A stretch of 64,000 nucleotides of DNA, taken from contig RDEW01000008.1 in the NCBI GenBank assembly GCA_011109175.1, forward strand, positions 1,493,447 through 1,557,446, written 5' to 3'. A program made the translations under genes and the position numbers. Within the stretch, counting starts at the first letter, position 1; every line of letters starts with the position of its first letter. This document shows positions 23,874 to 35,989 of the stretch, in pieces. The stretch is from Dicyema japonicum (Eukaryota; Animalia; Dicyemida). Under the pieces are notes generated by a model that worked only from the letters and a program-made list of their open reading frames with translations, ran no database searches and had not been told where the DNA came from.

Positions 23874-26322
23874 GTGCCTCGTTTCTTCTCTGTACAACGG
23901 TTAAGAAAAATGTCTGAAAAACATTCATCATACAATCGAGAACTCAGGCTAATGACGTTCAACGTACGTGGAATATCGAAAGATTGGACAAGGAAAGTAC
24001 TTTGTGACGATCTCGAGAAATACAAAATATCTATTGGCTGCCTACAAGAGACGAAAATCGAAAATGGACGCGATGAGACATGGAACAACTACCGACTGAT
24101 TCTCTTCCCAACTGAATGCAAGCACTACGGCATGGGATTTGCCCTACACGTGGATTACCTCAAAAAATTACATCGCTATTGGAGAGTCAACGACCGAATA
24201 TGTGTCCTACAAGTCAAACTAAATGAACTATGCCCGTCCAAGAGTCTACTAACCGTCATAAATGTCTATGCACCACACTGTGGACGAGTAATCAAGAACC
24301 CCAGTGAACTCGAGGAATTCTACTCAGAACTATCAAGCACATACTCTAACAATGCTTCCTCGTCTCTTGTCTTTGTTGCGGGAGATATGAATGCAAAGGC
24401 CGGAATGCGAATGGGGCCCGAAGAATCCTCTATTGGAAGACACGGGCGCGGAAGGAGAAATGCATCTGGAGCCTCTCTGGTAAACTTCTGCGAGGCAAAT
24501 AGCCTTTTCCTGTGCAACACGGCCTTTACGCACTCAGCTTGCCACAAGACGACGTGGCACGGACAAAGAAAAAACTCTGTCGGAGAGACCGTGAATATAT
24601 ATAATCAAATCGACTACATTATCTGCCGAAAGTCTGATAAACACCTGATAAATGATGCACGTTCCTACCAGGGAACAACAACCGACAGCGACCACAGGAT
24701 CGTCATTGCAAAACTTTGTGTAAAAAAGCACCTGACTGGGAAAAAATACATTGAAAACGCGAAGAAGGCGAGACAAAGACCCAATATATACTTTCAGACA
24801 GAAAAATTGTGGTTAGAGCCAACTTGTAGAGCTAAATATCACGAACAAATCGAGACTCTTATGGTGAAAACCGCACCGGAATCATCAGTACGAACTCTGT
24901 GGGATCAAACAAAACAGGCAATCTCCAAGTCGGCCAAAATATGCCTTGGAGTCCGAAATCATCACGCCCTAAAATTGGATCACCACCCGAACGTGCCAAA
25001 TATGGCAAAGCATTGCAGAGAGCTACGACTAAAAGCGGCAAACACGTCAGACGAGAGTAAAAAAAAGAGCTTAATATCCAACAAAGGGAACTAAAGTGGA
25101 AAATCAAAAAGATGAACAGAAAACATTCACGGGAAATTATTACATCCCTATTAAAAGATGTGGAATGTCTAAAAGACAATTCAAGGATGTATGCGGCTTT
25201 GCGGCTGCTGCGGACAAAGAAAGGACAAAACATCCTTCACATCAAAGACAAAGATGGAAAATTCGTGGGTAACCCGAAAGAAAAAGCAGAATTGATTGCA
25301 CGACACTTCGAAACACTGTTGAATAAAGAAAATAATGACTTTCCCCCTTTCCAAGGAAAGCAAAGGCGCTAAAAATCCCAATCACAGTGGAAGAGGTGGA
25401 ATTAGCGATAAATAAACTGAAGAACAACAAGAGTGCTGGGCCGGACAACATAAGCCCTGAGCTCCTAAAATATGGGCCAAAAAAACTTAGCGACACAATT
25501 GCAAAAACCCTAAATGCCGTCTTTGAAACTAATACCGATCTAGGACTTGGAAATGGATTATTAATACCCATACAAAAACCGAACAAATCAAAAGGACCAG
25601 TAGAAAATCTCCGCCCGATAATACTTCTGAATTCGATACGCAAGGTGCTGGCAAACATTGCACTAAGCCGGATAAAGGGTATGGCGAATCTATACCTACC
25701 AGCAAGTCAAAGTGGGTTCCGAGAAGGGAGGTCTACGGCAGACATTGTATGGAGCCACAGATGGCGCTGCGCAACGCACCAAAGATTCAAGAGCGCAACA
25801 ACCGTGTTGGGAATAGATCTCTCCAGAGCTTTCGACTCAATAAACAGACAGAAACTGATGAATGTGCTTGAGCAAATATTGGATGAATCGTCGGTTAGGA
25901 TAATCAGACTACTACTTGCGAACACAAGACTATCTGTGAGGACAGAAGGAGCAACTTCCCGCAGTTTCAAAACAACGATTGGGACACCCCAGGGTGATTC
26001 CCTCTCCCCTTTACTATTCACCATATACCTTGAATCTGCACTCCGCGACCTCCGTAAATGCTATATAGGAGACATAGAAGAGACATCTTATGCGGATGAT
26101 GTGGATTTTGTATCACGGGACGTGACCGCACTCCAACACCTACTAGAAAATGCACCTGCGGAGCTTGAGAAATGGTTTCTCAGCGTAAATGTTAACAAAA
26201 CTGAAATTACGGAAATCAAAAGAGAAGACGATATTACTCAAGAAAGATGGAGACGTACTAATAAGCTCGGCTCTCTACTAGGAGACGCTGAAGATGTACT
26301 GAGAAGGAAAAGGTCTTCTTAA
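23874..26322 (+). mobile_element. RTE-like LINE, APE + RT, probably one ORF; 3' end missing
   Basis: 406-aa APE ORF, 86-aa linker and 311-aa RT ORF; the two breaks are single-A losses in A-runs (25059-25066, 25357-25359). Confidence 0.9.
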
Positions 26323-26385
26323 AGTATTTTTATTTTTTAATAAAACATGAATTTGTTAATAAATATTATTAAATATTTAAATAAT

Positions 26386-27040
26386 ATGTTTTATCATGTT
26401 GTTATGTGTCCTTCATTAATTTAGATTAGCCTGGAACACAATGTTCTTCTTCATCCGAGAAATTTTGGTTCTAAATTATTGGATACAGTCAAAAGACTTC
26501 TTTTTTTCGAAGTAGAAGGATCATGCTCAGGAAGGTATAAACTTTATTTCACTTAGATACGGATACATTGTATCAGTAACCTCAATAGACAGCATGGGTG
26601 ATGGAATTCTCATTCCTGGGAAGGGATTGGCCACATTCAAAGTTATGTACAAAGCCATCGTGTTCCGACCCACCAAAGGACAGGTTCTCGACGCTATGGT
26701 GACACTTGTGTCCCCTGCTGGAATATTTGCCAAAGTGGGCCCTCTCAGTGTGTTCATCTCCCGACATGTTGTTTTAGTAAGGAATTGTAGAATATACCTC
26801 ATCATCTATCCTTGCACACAGACGAGCGCTTTTCGAGTTATAGGGATGTGGATTCGGTTGTTTTTATTGGTTATAGTAGACGACTGTGATTTGTCAGGAC
26901 TCTAAAATTCGAATGAAGATAATAGGCATTAGATTGGATTCTAAGGAAATCGTATAATTTATCTTAATTCTAGTATGTGGTAGGGTCATTGGCATCTGAC
27001 TATTTAGGTTATATTTTTGGTTATTATAGGACTTTTGTAA
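26386..27040 (+). CDS. POLR2G: RNA polymerase II subunit RPB7
   Basis: [19 protein letters not shown]...[15 protein letters not shown]...[16 protein letters not shown]...[10 protein letters not shown]...DYLGLL*; 22-27 nt introns. Confidence 0.95.
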
Positions 27041-27099
27041 TGTTATGATAAATAATTAAAAAAACCCCACTTTATTTAACCAACAATAAAAATTTCGCC

Positions 27100-28150
27100 A
27101 GCCTCCTCAAGCAGATTCGATTCTGATTGCTGAAACAGCTTATTGGCTCCCACCAAATAGACATGGTTCTCTCTGAGGATCATAATATCCATCTCAATAT
27201 ACTTGGGCTCAAACTATACATCACCTATGTAGTAGTTTAGCAGAGAGATAGCATACTCATTTAATGCTGGGAATAAATTCCTTGCATTTAGAGACGTCTT
27301 ACATAATAACGCTGCTCTTCTACGAATGCCTTCATCTTCGTGTTCTTCTAGGAATCTTACTAACTCGCTACATACCTGCGTGTTAGTCGCAGACTTGGAA
27401 TAATTCAATTCTGGTCCTATACTCTCAAAGAATTCCCTGGCACAGACCCCCATGGAGTAGAACTCCTCGGCTGTTCGAGCATACATCTTCAGGTCATCGA
27501 TAAAAAGAAGGTGATTTGATTGAAACAAACGCCCTCAGAATGAATTGGTATTTGCTCAAACCGGTCATTGAGTCTCCCCTCAATGTCGGTAATCTGCAGC
27601 AGACTGAGGGTTTTCCAGCTTTGGAATCAAATAAGTTATCCAGGTGCAAGCCCAATCAGGAATCTTTCCGGGTTAGTGATGCTTTTCTGTAATTCACGAC
27701 ACATACTAATGCACTGAATTGGATCTTTTCATGAAGAAATTATAAACTTTATCGACCCCGGTCGTTTTCCAATGAGGGAGATGTCTCATATCCGCCTCAA
27801 ATTTCTTGAGGAAATCGAAAATTCCGCCAAGAAAGGAGCGGTGCTGTATGGGACATTCCACGTATTTCCTCTGCGAGGTTTAGCCTACTACATACTACCT
27901 CATGTGAAAGCATTTCCGCGTCCTGCTGGGAACGTGCACTATGGTCATTTTCGTGTAGGCGACGGTAAAACAATTTGCAATTAAACTCAGACGTATTATT
28001 TTCTCTCCTTTTCTTACACCGACTTTCATGTGTATAGTTTCCTCTTATACACAATTAATTGCCCCCTCTAACTCCACCTATGCCCTCCTCAACTCTTTGA
28101 GGTCCCATTTGGGAACACGGAGTTTACTAAGTAACCCTTTAATATGAGCG
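27100..28150 (-). mobile_element. R4/Dong-like RT fragment
   Basis: NHLLFIDDLKMYA; CKTSLNARNLFPALNEYAISLLNYYIG; RRENNTSEFNCKLFYRRL. Confidence 0.7.
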
Positions 28151-28210
28151 GTGCTTTTCCTTTAACCCCTCTCGCCACACTACTTATGTTCCCCTTCAGA
28201 TCATTTGAAA

Positions 28211-28528
28211 ATAGCCGCGTGGCGCCATGTGGTGCTTCGTGGCTAGTTGATTGAAGTTTCTGTTTTGTTCATGTGTTCCTTTTCTCTCTTCCTATTAGAG
28301 TGGTGTCATGTGATCCACCTGTCTAGGTGGCGCCCAGTGCCAGGCCGGCACGAAAAAGGATCATTTGCTTTCCCCCACTCCACTGGAGGGGTTTCCACAA
28401 CTGCAACTATGGACGTCGTTTACCCTTTATGCAGATTCCTGATAGACTTTTTCTGTAGAAGTGGACACTGGATACATTTAATTAGTTGTTTACTTTAACT
28501 TCTTCTCGGTGTATCCGGACTTAATAAA
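28211..28528 (+). mobile_element. ~310-bp non-autonomous retroposon (hairpin head, pseudoknot core, LINE-like tail)
   Basis: Full-length similarity to 46799-47114 and 55290-55603; tail ggatacatttaattagttgtttac resembles the LINE tail. Confidence 0.85.
28302..28363 (+). ncRNA. Candidate HDV-like pseudoknot (type I)
   Basis: ggtgtc atg tgatcc acc tgtcta ggt ggcgcc ca gtgcc aggcc ggcac gaaaaa ggatca. Confidence 0.55.
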
Positions 28529-28792
28529 TTAAAAATTAAATTCAGTGCTTTCAGCTCTGTCTCCAAACAATTTTTGCACAGATCTGCTCTCCCCCCATTT
28601 ACTGGGTGGTCTGGGCCTGTACGTTAAATCCTCATATGTGATCTGTACTGCACACAGCACTAGGGAGATGTCATCCAGTGACCCTACTGGCTTAGCCTCC
28701 ACCGCATAAGCCACAGCCTTATTGATACAAGTTATTTTTCTTTCAACATTTTTACCAACTCGAGAGAGTTTTAACCCCCGAATCAAATGCAC
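28529..28792 (-). CDS. Small uncharacterised ORF (87 aa)
   Basis: Higher-GC open frame between AT-rich flanks; no family recognised. Confidence 0.3.
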   Translation of the reverse strand: MHLIRGLKLSRVGKNVERKITCINKAVAYAVEAKPVGSLDDISLVLCAVQITYEDLTYRPRPPSKWGESRSVQKLFGDRAESTEFNF

Positions 28793-28859
28793 GTTGCATG
28801 TTTTATTTTTTAAATAATTTAAATATTATTATTAATAGCTCCAATTTTCTTTTTCAAAT

Positions 28860-29573
28860 TTGTGATGTAGTCTACCAAATAGTTTATTAGATGATGTTGT
28901 TGTAACACATAGTCATTCACATGTGGCCTTAAAGTAATAGTAATATATACAAGTCATTCCTTTCCTCCATCATGGTACCAAATTGATATTTATAAACATC
29001 CGGGGGATCTCCATTTCTGTTAAATTTTATTATGCAGGCTGTCAAGTGATAATTAAAGACTACCAAGTTCATTTATTGTGACAATCAAATTGAAAATGAT
29101 TCCTGCTATAATCAGTGACTTTGCGACTATGAGTGAACTTGAAAAGTATAAAACTAAAAAAATAATATAGGTGACTAAATTATATATTACTTAATACTTA
29201 TATTTCTAGAATATAGTCGCAATTTGCATAAAATATTCATTTTATTTGAAAATTTGAAATATCACAGTAGACGGATATTTTTTTGAATAGACTTGTCAAT
29301 TGAATATGATAAATGAGTGGCTATTCCCGCCTAAATTTAATTTATTTTAGGTTAACCACTGATTGAATCAATAGTAAATAGTTTAATTCATTCTTTTTAA
29401 TAGTGTCTGTCTTCAAAATTTTGTTTTGCAAAAAAATTAGTAATAAAAATATGGTCTGTAACGATAAATATATATACAACTTCAATTAAAACGTTCAAGA
29501 TCACTGATATTAATGAAAACCGATAATTTTTCCTTTCTTGGAGAGTCAACGGAGTTGTCTCATTAGTTGACAT
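28860..29573 (-). CDS. Probable multi-exon hydrophobic (membrane) protein gene, unidentified
   Basis: MSTNETTPLTLQERKNYRFSLISVILNVLIEV followed by several 22-26 nt GT-AG intron-like gaps and hydrophobic exons. Confidence 0.4.
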
Positions 29574-29639
29574 AATAATTTTAAATTTAATAATATATTT
29601 AATATTTTTTTTAAGTTATTATATTAGGTTGATGAATTC

Positions 29640-32015
29640 CATGAATCTTTATTTTATTTATTTACTCCGAAGAAAACCGTTGGCTAACAAGAACGTAACT
29701 ACCATAGGATGACATTCCCAGAGATCTGAAAAATTGATCCCGTGTGGAGGAGAAACAGATTGCAAGCCAGGACACGAGAAGAATTGATCTGTCCCGTGTC
29801 ATCAAGTGAACATGAAAGGCAATGACGACTTTGCTTTTCGGGTCTTGTATAGGTAGGCATTGAGATCCATGCGGTGATCGCAGCGGAGGCGTGCCTGTTT
29901 ACCCGATTTTCACAGGCTAAAGAAGATTCACTAGCATCAAGAAACTTGTTGAATCCAAGGCTTTGAATCGTGTTGATTGATACCCACTCGTGGATATTTT
30001 TGAGACGGGTGTATTATCTTCCGTTTTAGAAAAAAAAATTGGGACGCGAGTAATATCTCTTGTTGATATTACGATCCTTTTTTTAACGGAGAGCCAAACG
30101 CAGTAATATGAGCGGTCCAATTTTTTTACATTTTCCCAAGAATTGGACTCCTAGCATCTGGAATTGATCACTTATTGTGAGTATTTTTGACGTTTGTTTA
30201 ATAAATTGTCTGTAGATAATTGATAAACTTTCCTCGCTCTGGCTAAATGACGCCCTCGCCAGCCCCGGAGCATGTCGAACCTCTTCTGAGATTTGTCGCA
30301 TATATACGAGAACTATAAACAGGTATCAAACACAAGTCCAATATTTGGGAGTTTTTAAAAATAGGAAGACAAGTGGAATAGGTTATAGGTTGCACTGACG
30401 ACGGTCATGAATGATTTGGCAGGAGAAAGATCTAAGAGATTATGGTCCATCTTGAAGGAATGTAAAGCAGCATTATGATGACGTAACCCAACCACAATGT
30501 CATCACCATATAAAGTAGTAATGTATTCGTCGGTCGCCAAGCTGGACAATTGTATGTTAAATAGAGCCGGGGAGAGAACTGAGCCACGGTGAACTCTATT
30601 AGGTACATGTTACTGATCACACTAATTGACTGTAACATACATATCTCTACGTTAATGAGTTGGCGTGATAAAGGAAATTCCAATACGGCCAGACAGGAAC
30701 TAGAAGAACCATGACTTATCTAATAAGGATCTCAGTGTCGAAGATCTTGTTGCTAAATACGTGCCTGGATGTTCTGTCGATAGCTTTATCAATGGATGCA
30801 ATGATTGTTCTCTCCGGAGGATTGTGATTATTAATTCCATCTGCAATAGATAGTTGTGTAGTAGTCGAGTGGAAAGATCGAAATTCGTGCTGAGAATCTG
30901 AACAACGAGTTCTATTATATTCAAAACAATTGGCAGGAAAGAATTCGGTCGGAATGAGAAAGAATTAGGTTTGTAATTAGACACTGCATTATAATGCTGA
31001 AGTCTGAAGAATTGTGAACATGGCGTCTCACAGCGGAGGCTTTTGGTGTAGAAAGTGGCTTATCTTTGAATAGTGACCAATAATAAGTCGGCTTGATCAC
31101 GGAAAGATAATAAACAATTTTTTTTGAGGGACCAGTTTAGTAGGATCGAGGGGACGTTTGTCTAGAGTGTGTCTTTTTGAGGATTCTCTAGAGTAGAAAT
31201 AAAGTCATTTCATTCATTGATCTTGTATTGTATGATTAGGCCGTCAATACGTTTATTGCTTTCAGGATAGTAGAGGCCACTATTAACGATAAACCACGGA
31301 AATAAATTTTTTGTCGGAAGCAATTAGACAATTCGTGAATAACTCGACAGCAGCATCTAAAGAGCGGAAAATATAAATGAAAAGTCGTTGAGTAAGAATC
31401 CCACTTTCCGCGTTTATATTTTATAACGTCTTCGTGATTCTCCTCTTCGTAAGTTGATGATTGAAGGTAATTGAAATTGGGTTGTTGTCAGTCGGGAAAT
31501 CATAAATGACACCTCATTGGGCTTCAAGAGTGATATTCGAGAACAGAGGGAAATATCCGGAAAAGTATTAGAATAATCTGAACGTAGAGTACAACGAGCA
31601 TACAGAACAGGGTTATTTAGAATAACAATATCATGCAGATTTTGCACTCTACGTTTATCAGCTTTGTTAGAGGATAACCAGGCAGAATGATGAGCATTAG
31701 AATCACGACATAAGATACAGTTTTCAATATAAAAAAAGTGGAACTTCTGTGTATAGTTAGGAAACATAAAAGAGATCTTATTAATATTGACCTGAATACA
31801 CGTAACTTCCAAATGAGATAAGAGGGATTTAATCGAAAGGGATGAATCGGCAAAATATATTCATTAACAAGATTAGGTAGTCAACCCCCAACTGTAGAAG
31901 AATGATGGAATAGCCTTTAAAACAAGGGAAGGAAGCTTGACGCTCTTCCCGTTGCCTCTACCGGGCGAACTGGCTACAATTGTAGGTAGTTTTCTCCAAG
32001 AGGAGGTGACCCATA
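29640..32015 (-). mobile_element. Degenerate near full-length Ingi/Vingi-like LINE with eroded 5' pseudoknot
   Basis: APE (DSNAHHSAWLSS) 31414-31853; RT (LYGDDIVV) 30100-30980; C-terminus ARLRCDHRMDLNAYLYK..DLW; 5' tatgggtcacctcctcttggagaaaact. Confidence 0.75.
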
Positions 32016-32759
32016 TTATTTATTTGTGACATTTTCCGGCCAGTTATACATCCTTGGTTGAACATAACCTCCATTGGATAAATGATTTTCCTTCAAACTA
32101 TACCGCTATTAGGAATTTTAATGGAATAATTTTCCAGCTCAAAAAAATTCATTCAGATCGATCCCAACACCCTACGCTCATACCTTATGGGGACAATTCA
32201 AAGGACTTTAACAGTTAACTGAGCGAATGAAAGATTTCAGATCTATAGAGAAATGCGGAATATTGCAAAACAAAGAACAATGAAAAGTCTCAATTCTCTG
32301 GTAATCGATAAATAGTCTCAAGTCGTTTTATTTGACTCAAACATAACATTCGTCAGGTCTAAATCCTAATAAGTTTACGAAGGTTAATCTCTTCACGGAA
32401 ATAGGTGAGGATAATGGCTTAGTCAAATTGAACTACTCTCAGATCTTAACCAAGAACAGATATCTTCGGAGTTATTCTTGATCAACTTTGGTCATTTACA
32501 AATCAAGTGAATCTAGTAACATCACCTAGCTATCGACACAGAGCAAATTTAGTGATAGAGAACAGTTATCTTCTAGCCTTACTAGAACAACTGAAATGGA
32601 AACCACCTTGCTTTTACGAAAACGATAAATATCCCGCCAATTCCGCTTGAGTTTTTCAAAGTTATCAAAATAAAAGAAAACTATCAAATTAACGGAAATT
32701 TATTAACAATTCTTTAATTTTTATTTATCAAAAAGGAGACTTCAGGGCTCGCTTAACAA

Positions 32760-33000
32760 TTCCGTTCATCGCCTTATGTCTTGGGAATCACCCGCACTTC
32801 TTCAGCAAAAAAGGGCATGACGTCCATAACAGTCCACGCTACCACCGCACCAGCACTTGTCAGTCTGGCAAATCTTCAGTCCAAGTCTGATAAAAATGCC
32901 TGTACAGACAGTATTGTCATCAAGGTGGGTCCCGACGCTACTGACCGGGAGGGCATTGATCCAAGCGCCACTCCATTCGCATCTTCCAGTGACTAGACAG
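32760..33000 (-). mobile_element. CRE-like zinc-knuckle fragment
   Basis: SGAWINALPVSSVGTHLDD..IRLGLKICQTDKCWCGGSVDCYGRHALFC. Confidence 0.75.
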
Positions 33001-33309
33001 GCGATGATAATTACTTTCAGCATAAAAAACTTTATCTTTATATTCGATGAGTCATTAAAGACACTCTCGGTCGATATTTCTCACTGATGTTTCCATCATG
33101 TAGTTACCCGTAGTTGTAGAGTTTTCACCAATCTTTGATAATTTTCTAATTTTGTAGTTGTAAATTTTGTCCTTGAAGTCCTCCGTGATCATTGATTTTC
33201 AATAGTAATTACTTTCGATTGAACGCGTCCATATTGTAAGTTCATTCTGTATCCCCAAAGTTGTTTAATTGGTTATCCTCGTGTGGGGAAGATCCCATGG
33301 CGGAGAAAT

Positions 33310-33382
33310 TGTGGATCTTTTTGTCGTTGTGTAAAACATAACGTCCAATTTCGTCGCAAGGAGGTGATCCACATCAAAAATT
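33310..33382 (-). ncRNA. Candidate HDV-like pseudoknot (type II)
   Basis: aattttt ga tgtggatc ac ctcctt gcgac gaaatt gg acgtt...aacg a caaaaa gatccaca; 8-bp P2, CC/GG for P1.1, C then A-rich J4/2. Confidence 0.6.
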
Positions 33383-33494
33383 ATGCTAGTGTGATTTATT
33401 GTTAGAGAAATCGGTGATTCATATCAATTATTAACATAAATATTTTAATAATTATACCACATTAATCAAATAATATATAACAACCCATAATAGC

Positions 33495-34454
33495 TTATTT
33501 ATCTCCACCATTAACCCACTCATTCTCATAAATCTCTGCTGCCTGATTTTGACATAAAAAATTGTATTTAAATGAGTCCATTGTGGGATAGAAAAACTCA
33601 TCTATTACTTCAAGAGAGGAACCCATTATTCCATAGTTTGAATGAACTAATCCAAGAGTATGTCCTATTTCGTGAACACCACAGCCAAAGTCAGAATAAA
33701 AATCAGCCCAGTCACGTGATAAGGATAACTCTTTCAACGAAGAAGGCCAGTTTTCAGGTCCCTTAGTAAAAATAACGGCCAAATTGTCCACAGCACAACT
33801 ACAAAACTTCAATTTACCGTTTGGAATTAAACAAACGTATTTTATTGGTAATCCTCCGCTTATTTTCAGTTTCCGGTAAATTCCGTTGAATAATTCCGTA
33901 ATTTTACCATCATCCCTGTTGTCTTCAACGTGGTCTAACTTTTCTGAGTTTAACGTATAGTCCAATTCAGATTTCCATGAAAATTCTTCGTCCAGTAAAA
34001 AAAATACGTTAATATCGGCGGAAGACTCAAATTTCAACTTTGAAGACATAAAACCATGTTCTGAGAGTTGAGAATCAAAAAAACACGTTAAAAGTTCGCA
34101 AAAAAATCGTAAGCGATCCACATGATTGAAATTATTGTTTTTATCAGGCGACTTTGGGATGAAATACACAAGTCTGAATAAATATGGTTGACAATTAGAT
34201 GTTCTATACTCTATCACCAACAATATCGAGTAATCCCCTGAGGTAAGTCTGATTAAGTTGACGCCAGGTGTTAATTCAACAAAACAAGTGAAGACTGTGT
34301 TTGTTGGCCAAATTAATGAATTACCTGTTGTCTCGTTGTTAATCTAAAAAATTATAATATAATAAACATAAATAATATTAGAAATATGACATATTCCAGA
34401 AATACTGTGAATTTTATGATAAACCACACGTTGACAGTTTTCTATAAATATCAT
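33495..34454 (-). CDS. Zinc metallopeptidase, YIL108W/Metallopep-like
   Basis: GCGVHEIGHTLGLVHSNYGIMG (HExxHxxGxxH plus Met-turn); FTCFVELTPGVNLIRL; one short intron near the start. Confidence 0.7.
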
Positions 34455-34549
34455 TTTATTTTTATTAATTACTTTTTTTATAACTTTATTTGTTTTAGAT
34501 ATTGTCTGAATTTGTTTTAGATATTAAAACCAAATTAACTAATTCCTTG

Positions 34550-34622
34550 AATTTTCAATGTGGTTCACCTTCACGTGGAGAAAATTGGATACCTGTATCA
34601 ATCTGGCAACTAAAGAACCACA
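34550..34622 (+). ncRNA. Candidate HDV-like ribozyme at the exact 5' end of the element
   Basis: P1 aattttc/gaaaatt, P2 tgtggttc/gaaccaca, P3 (t)tcac/gtgg(a), gg after P1', P4 gatac/gtatc, J4/2 ctaaa. Confidence 0.65.
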
Positions 34623-35659
34623 ATTATTCTTCTGTCAACTTTTTCAACGACCTCTGGGAAGTCGAACTGGATGATGGCGGATATTGAGCGGGCGCGTAGC
34701 TTTCGTTCCCAAAGATCAGATTGACTACTCCTAATATTTGCTGGGGACATCGAACAGAACCCCGGGCCCCATAAGAACGGGAAATTCCTCAATATCATGC
34801 AATTCAACATAAACGGTCTCACACATAAATCAAATGAACTTTTTGCAATTCCAACGTCCCACAAAATTGATATTGCCATGCTACAAAAAACAAAACTATC
34901 AAGAATGTCAGTGGTTCCACACTACAAGGACTACTCAATTGTCCGCCGTGATCGACCGAATTCAAACAGAGGAGGCGGTGTTCTAATACTCATACACAAA
35001 TCTATTCCATTCTCCGATATTTCCTTTCAGACACAAGCTCTGCTTGAAGATGACGATCACATCGAACTTACTTCCGTCTTGGACAATTACTGGATGTCTC
35101 AGATCAACTCCTGTTGATCATTTACATTGGGAGTCAAAGATCCTCCAATTGGAAACCATCTGGAAATGAGAGCCCTGCAGTTCCTTTCCCAAGCCTACAG
35201 CCTAGAACAGCCCTGCCACTTTCTATGTAAACCGCAAAACAAAAGGAAAATTATTAGGACAACCAGTGACTTGTCTCGAATGTTATCATCCATCCCTTCC
35301 AGCCCCAATGATAGGAGTCGTCTGAAACAGATACACGATTTCGTTTCTACGAGAAGCATCTAAAGACTTGGAGACAATAAAATACTACAGATACCCCCTC
35401 CTCATATAGAATAATCAGAATCTTTTCTTCCGAAGGACGTCCTAGTAAACCTGGCTTGTCTACGATGTGGGCACCACCCATATCTACCAACATATGATGT
35501 CTTCTGTCCCTTTTGCAACTTCCACGTGTTGACAACAAATCACCTATTTGAATGTCATGAATTGGCACAACGTTTCTTCACAATCCCGGAACATCTGCTG
35601 CGCCCTACTTAAGCTGCTGGCCTCCTACAAGTTAGTGAGGCTGGGGTTACTTAACTAAC
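34551..35659 (+). mobile_element. 1.1-kb internally deleted LINE derivative (pseudoknot, 2A, partial APE, 3' end) with 15-bp TSD
   Basis: TSD taactaattccttga at 34536-34550 and 35660-35674; APE MQFNINGL..RRDRPNSNRGGGV; C-terminus ACLRCGHHP..EAGVT* followed by (TAAC)n. Confidence 0.9.
34725..34769 (+). other. 2A-like StopGo motif LLLIFAGDIEQNPGP
   Basis: In frame with APE ORF 34797-35117. Confidence 0.85.
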
Positions 35660-35989
35660 TAACTAATTCCTTGATACCGAGGTGTTCCAAAACTCTAACT
35701 CAAGAACAGTGATCCAGTTGACGTTGTCCGGGAAACTGAGGTCGAAAAATGGAGAGAATTCTAGGGTCACCAAATCTCACTTGCAGTGAGGCCTGTTTCC
35801 ATTTTCCTGAGAATATATGCAAGCATCTGTTTTGTGATACTGCTTCTCAAAAGGAATAACGAGGTATGTAGTTGTTGCGGAGGACTTAACTTGCGAAGTT
35901 CGATTCGCTCACTGCCAGATAATTCCAGTGGAGAAAGCTTAATTGTTTTTATAATTCATAAGAATATGTTGGACATAACAACAGTGAAA

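Noticed and set aside
33358-33371. aaggaggtgatcca, the reverse complement of the bacterial 16S rRNA 3' end
   Set aside because: Only 14 nt with no flanking rRNA similarity; explained as the P2/P3/L3 part of the repeated fold
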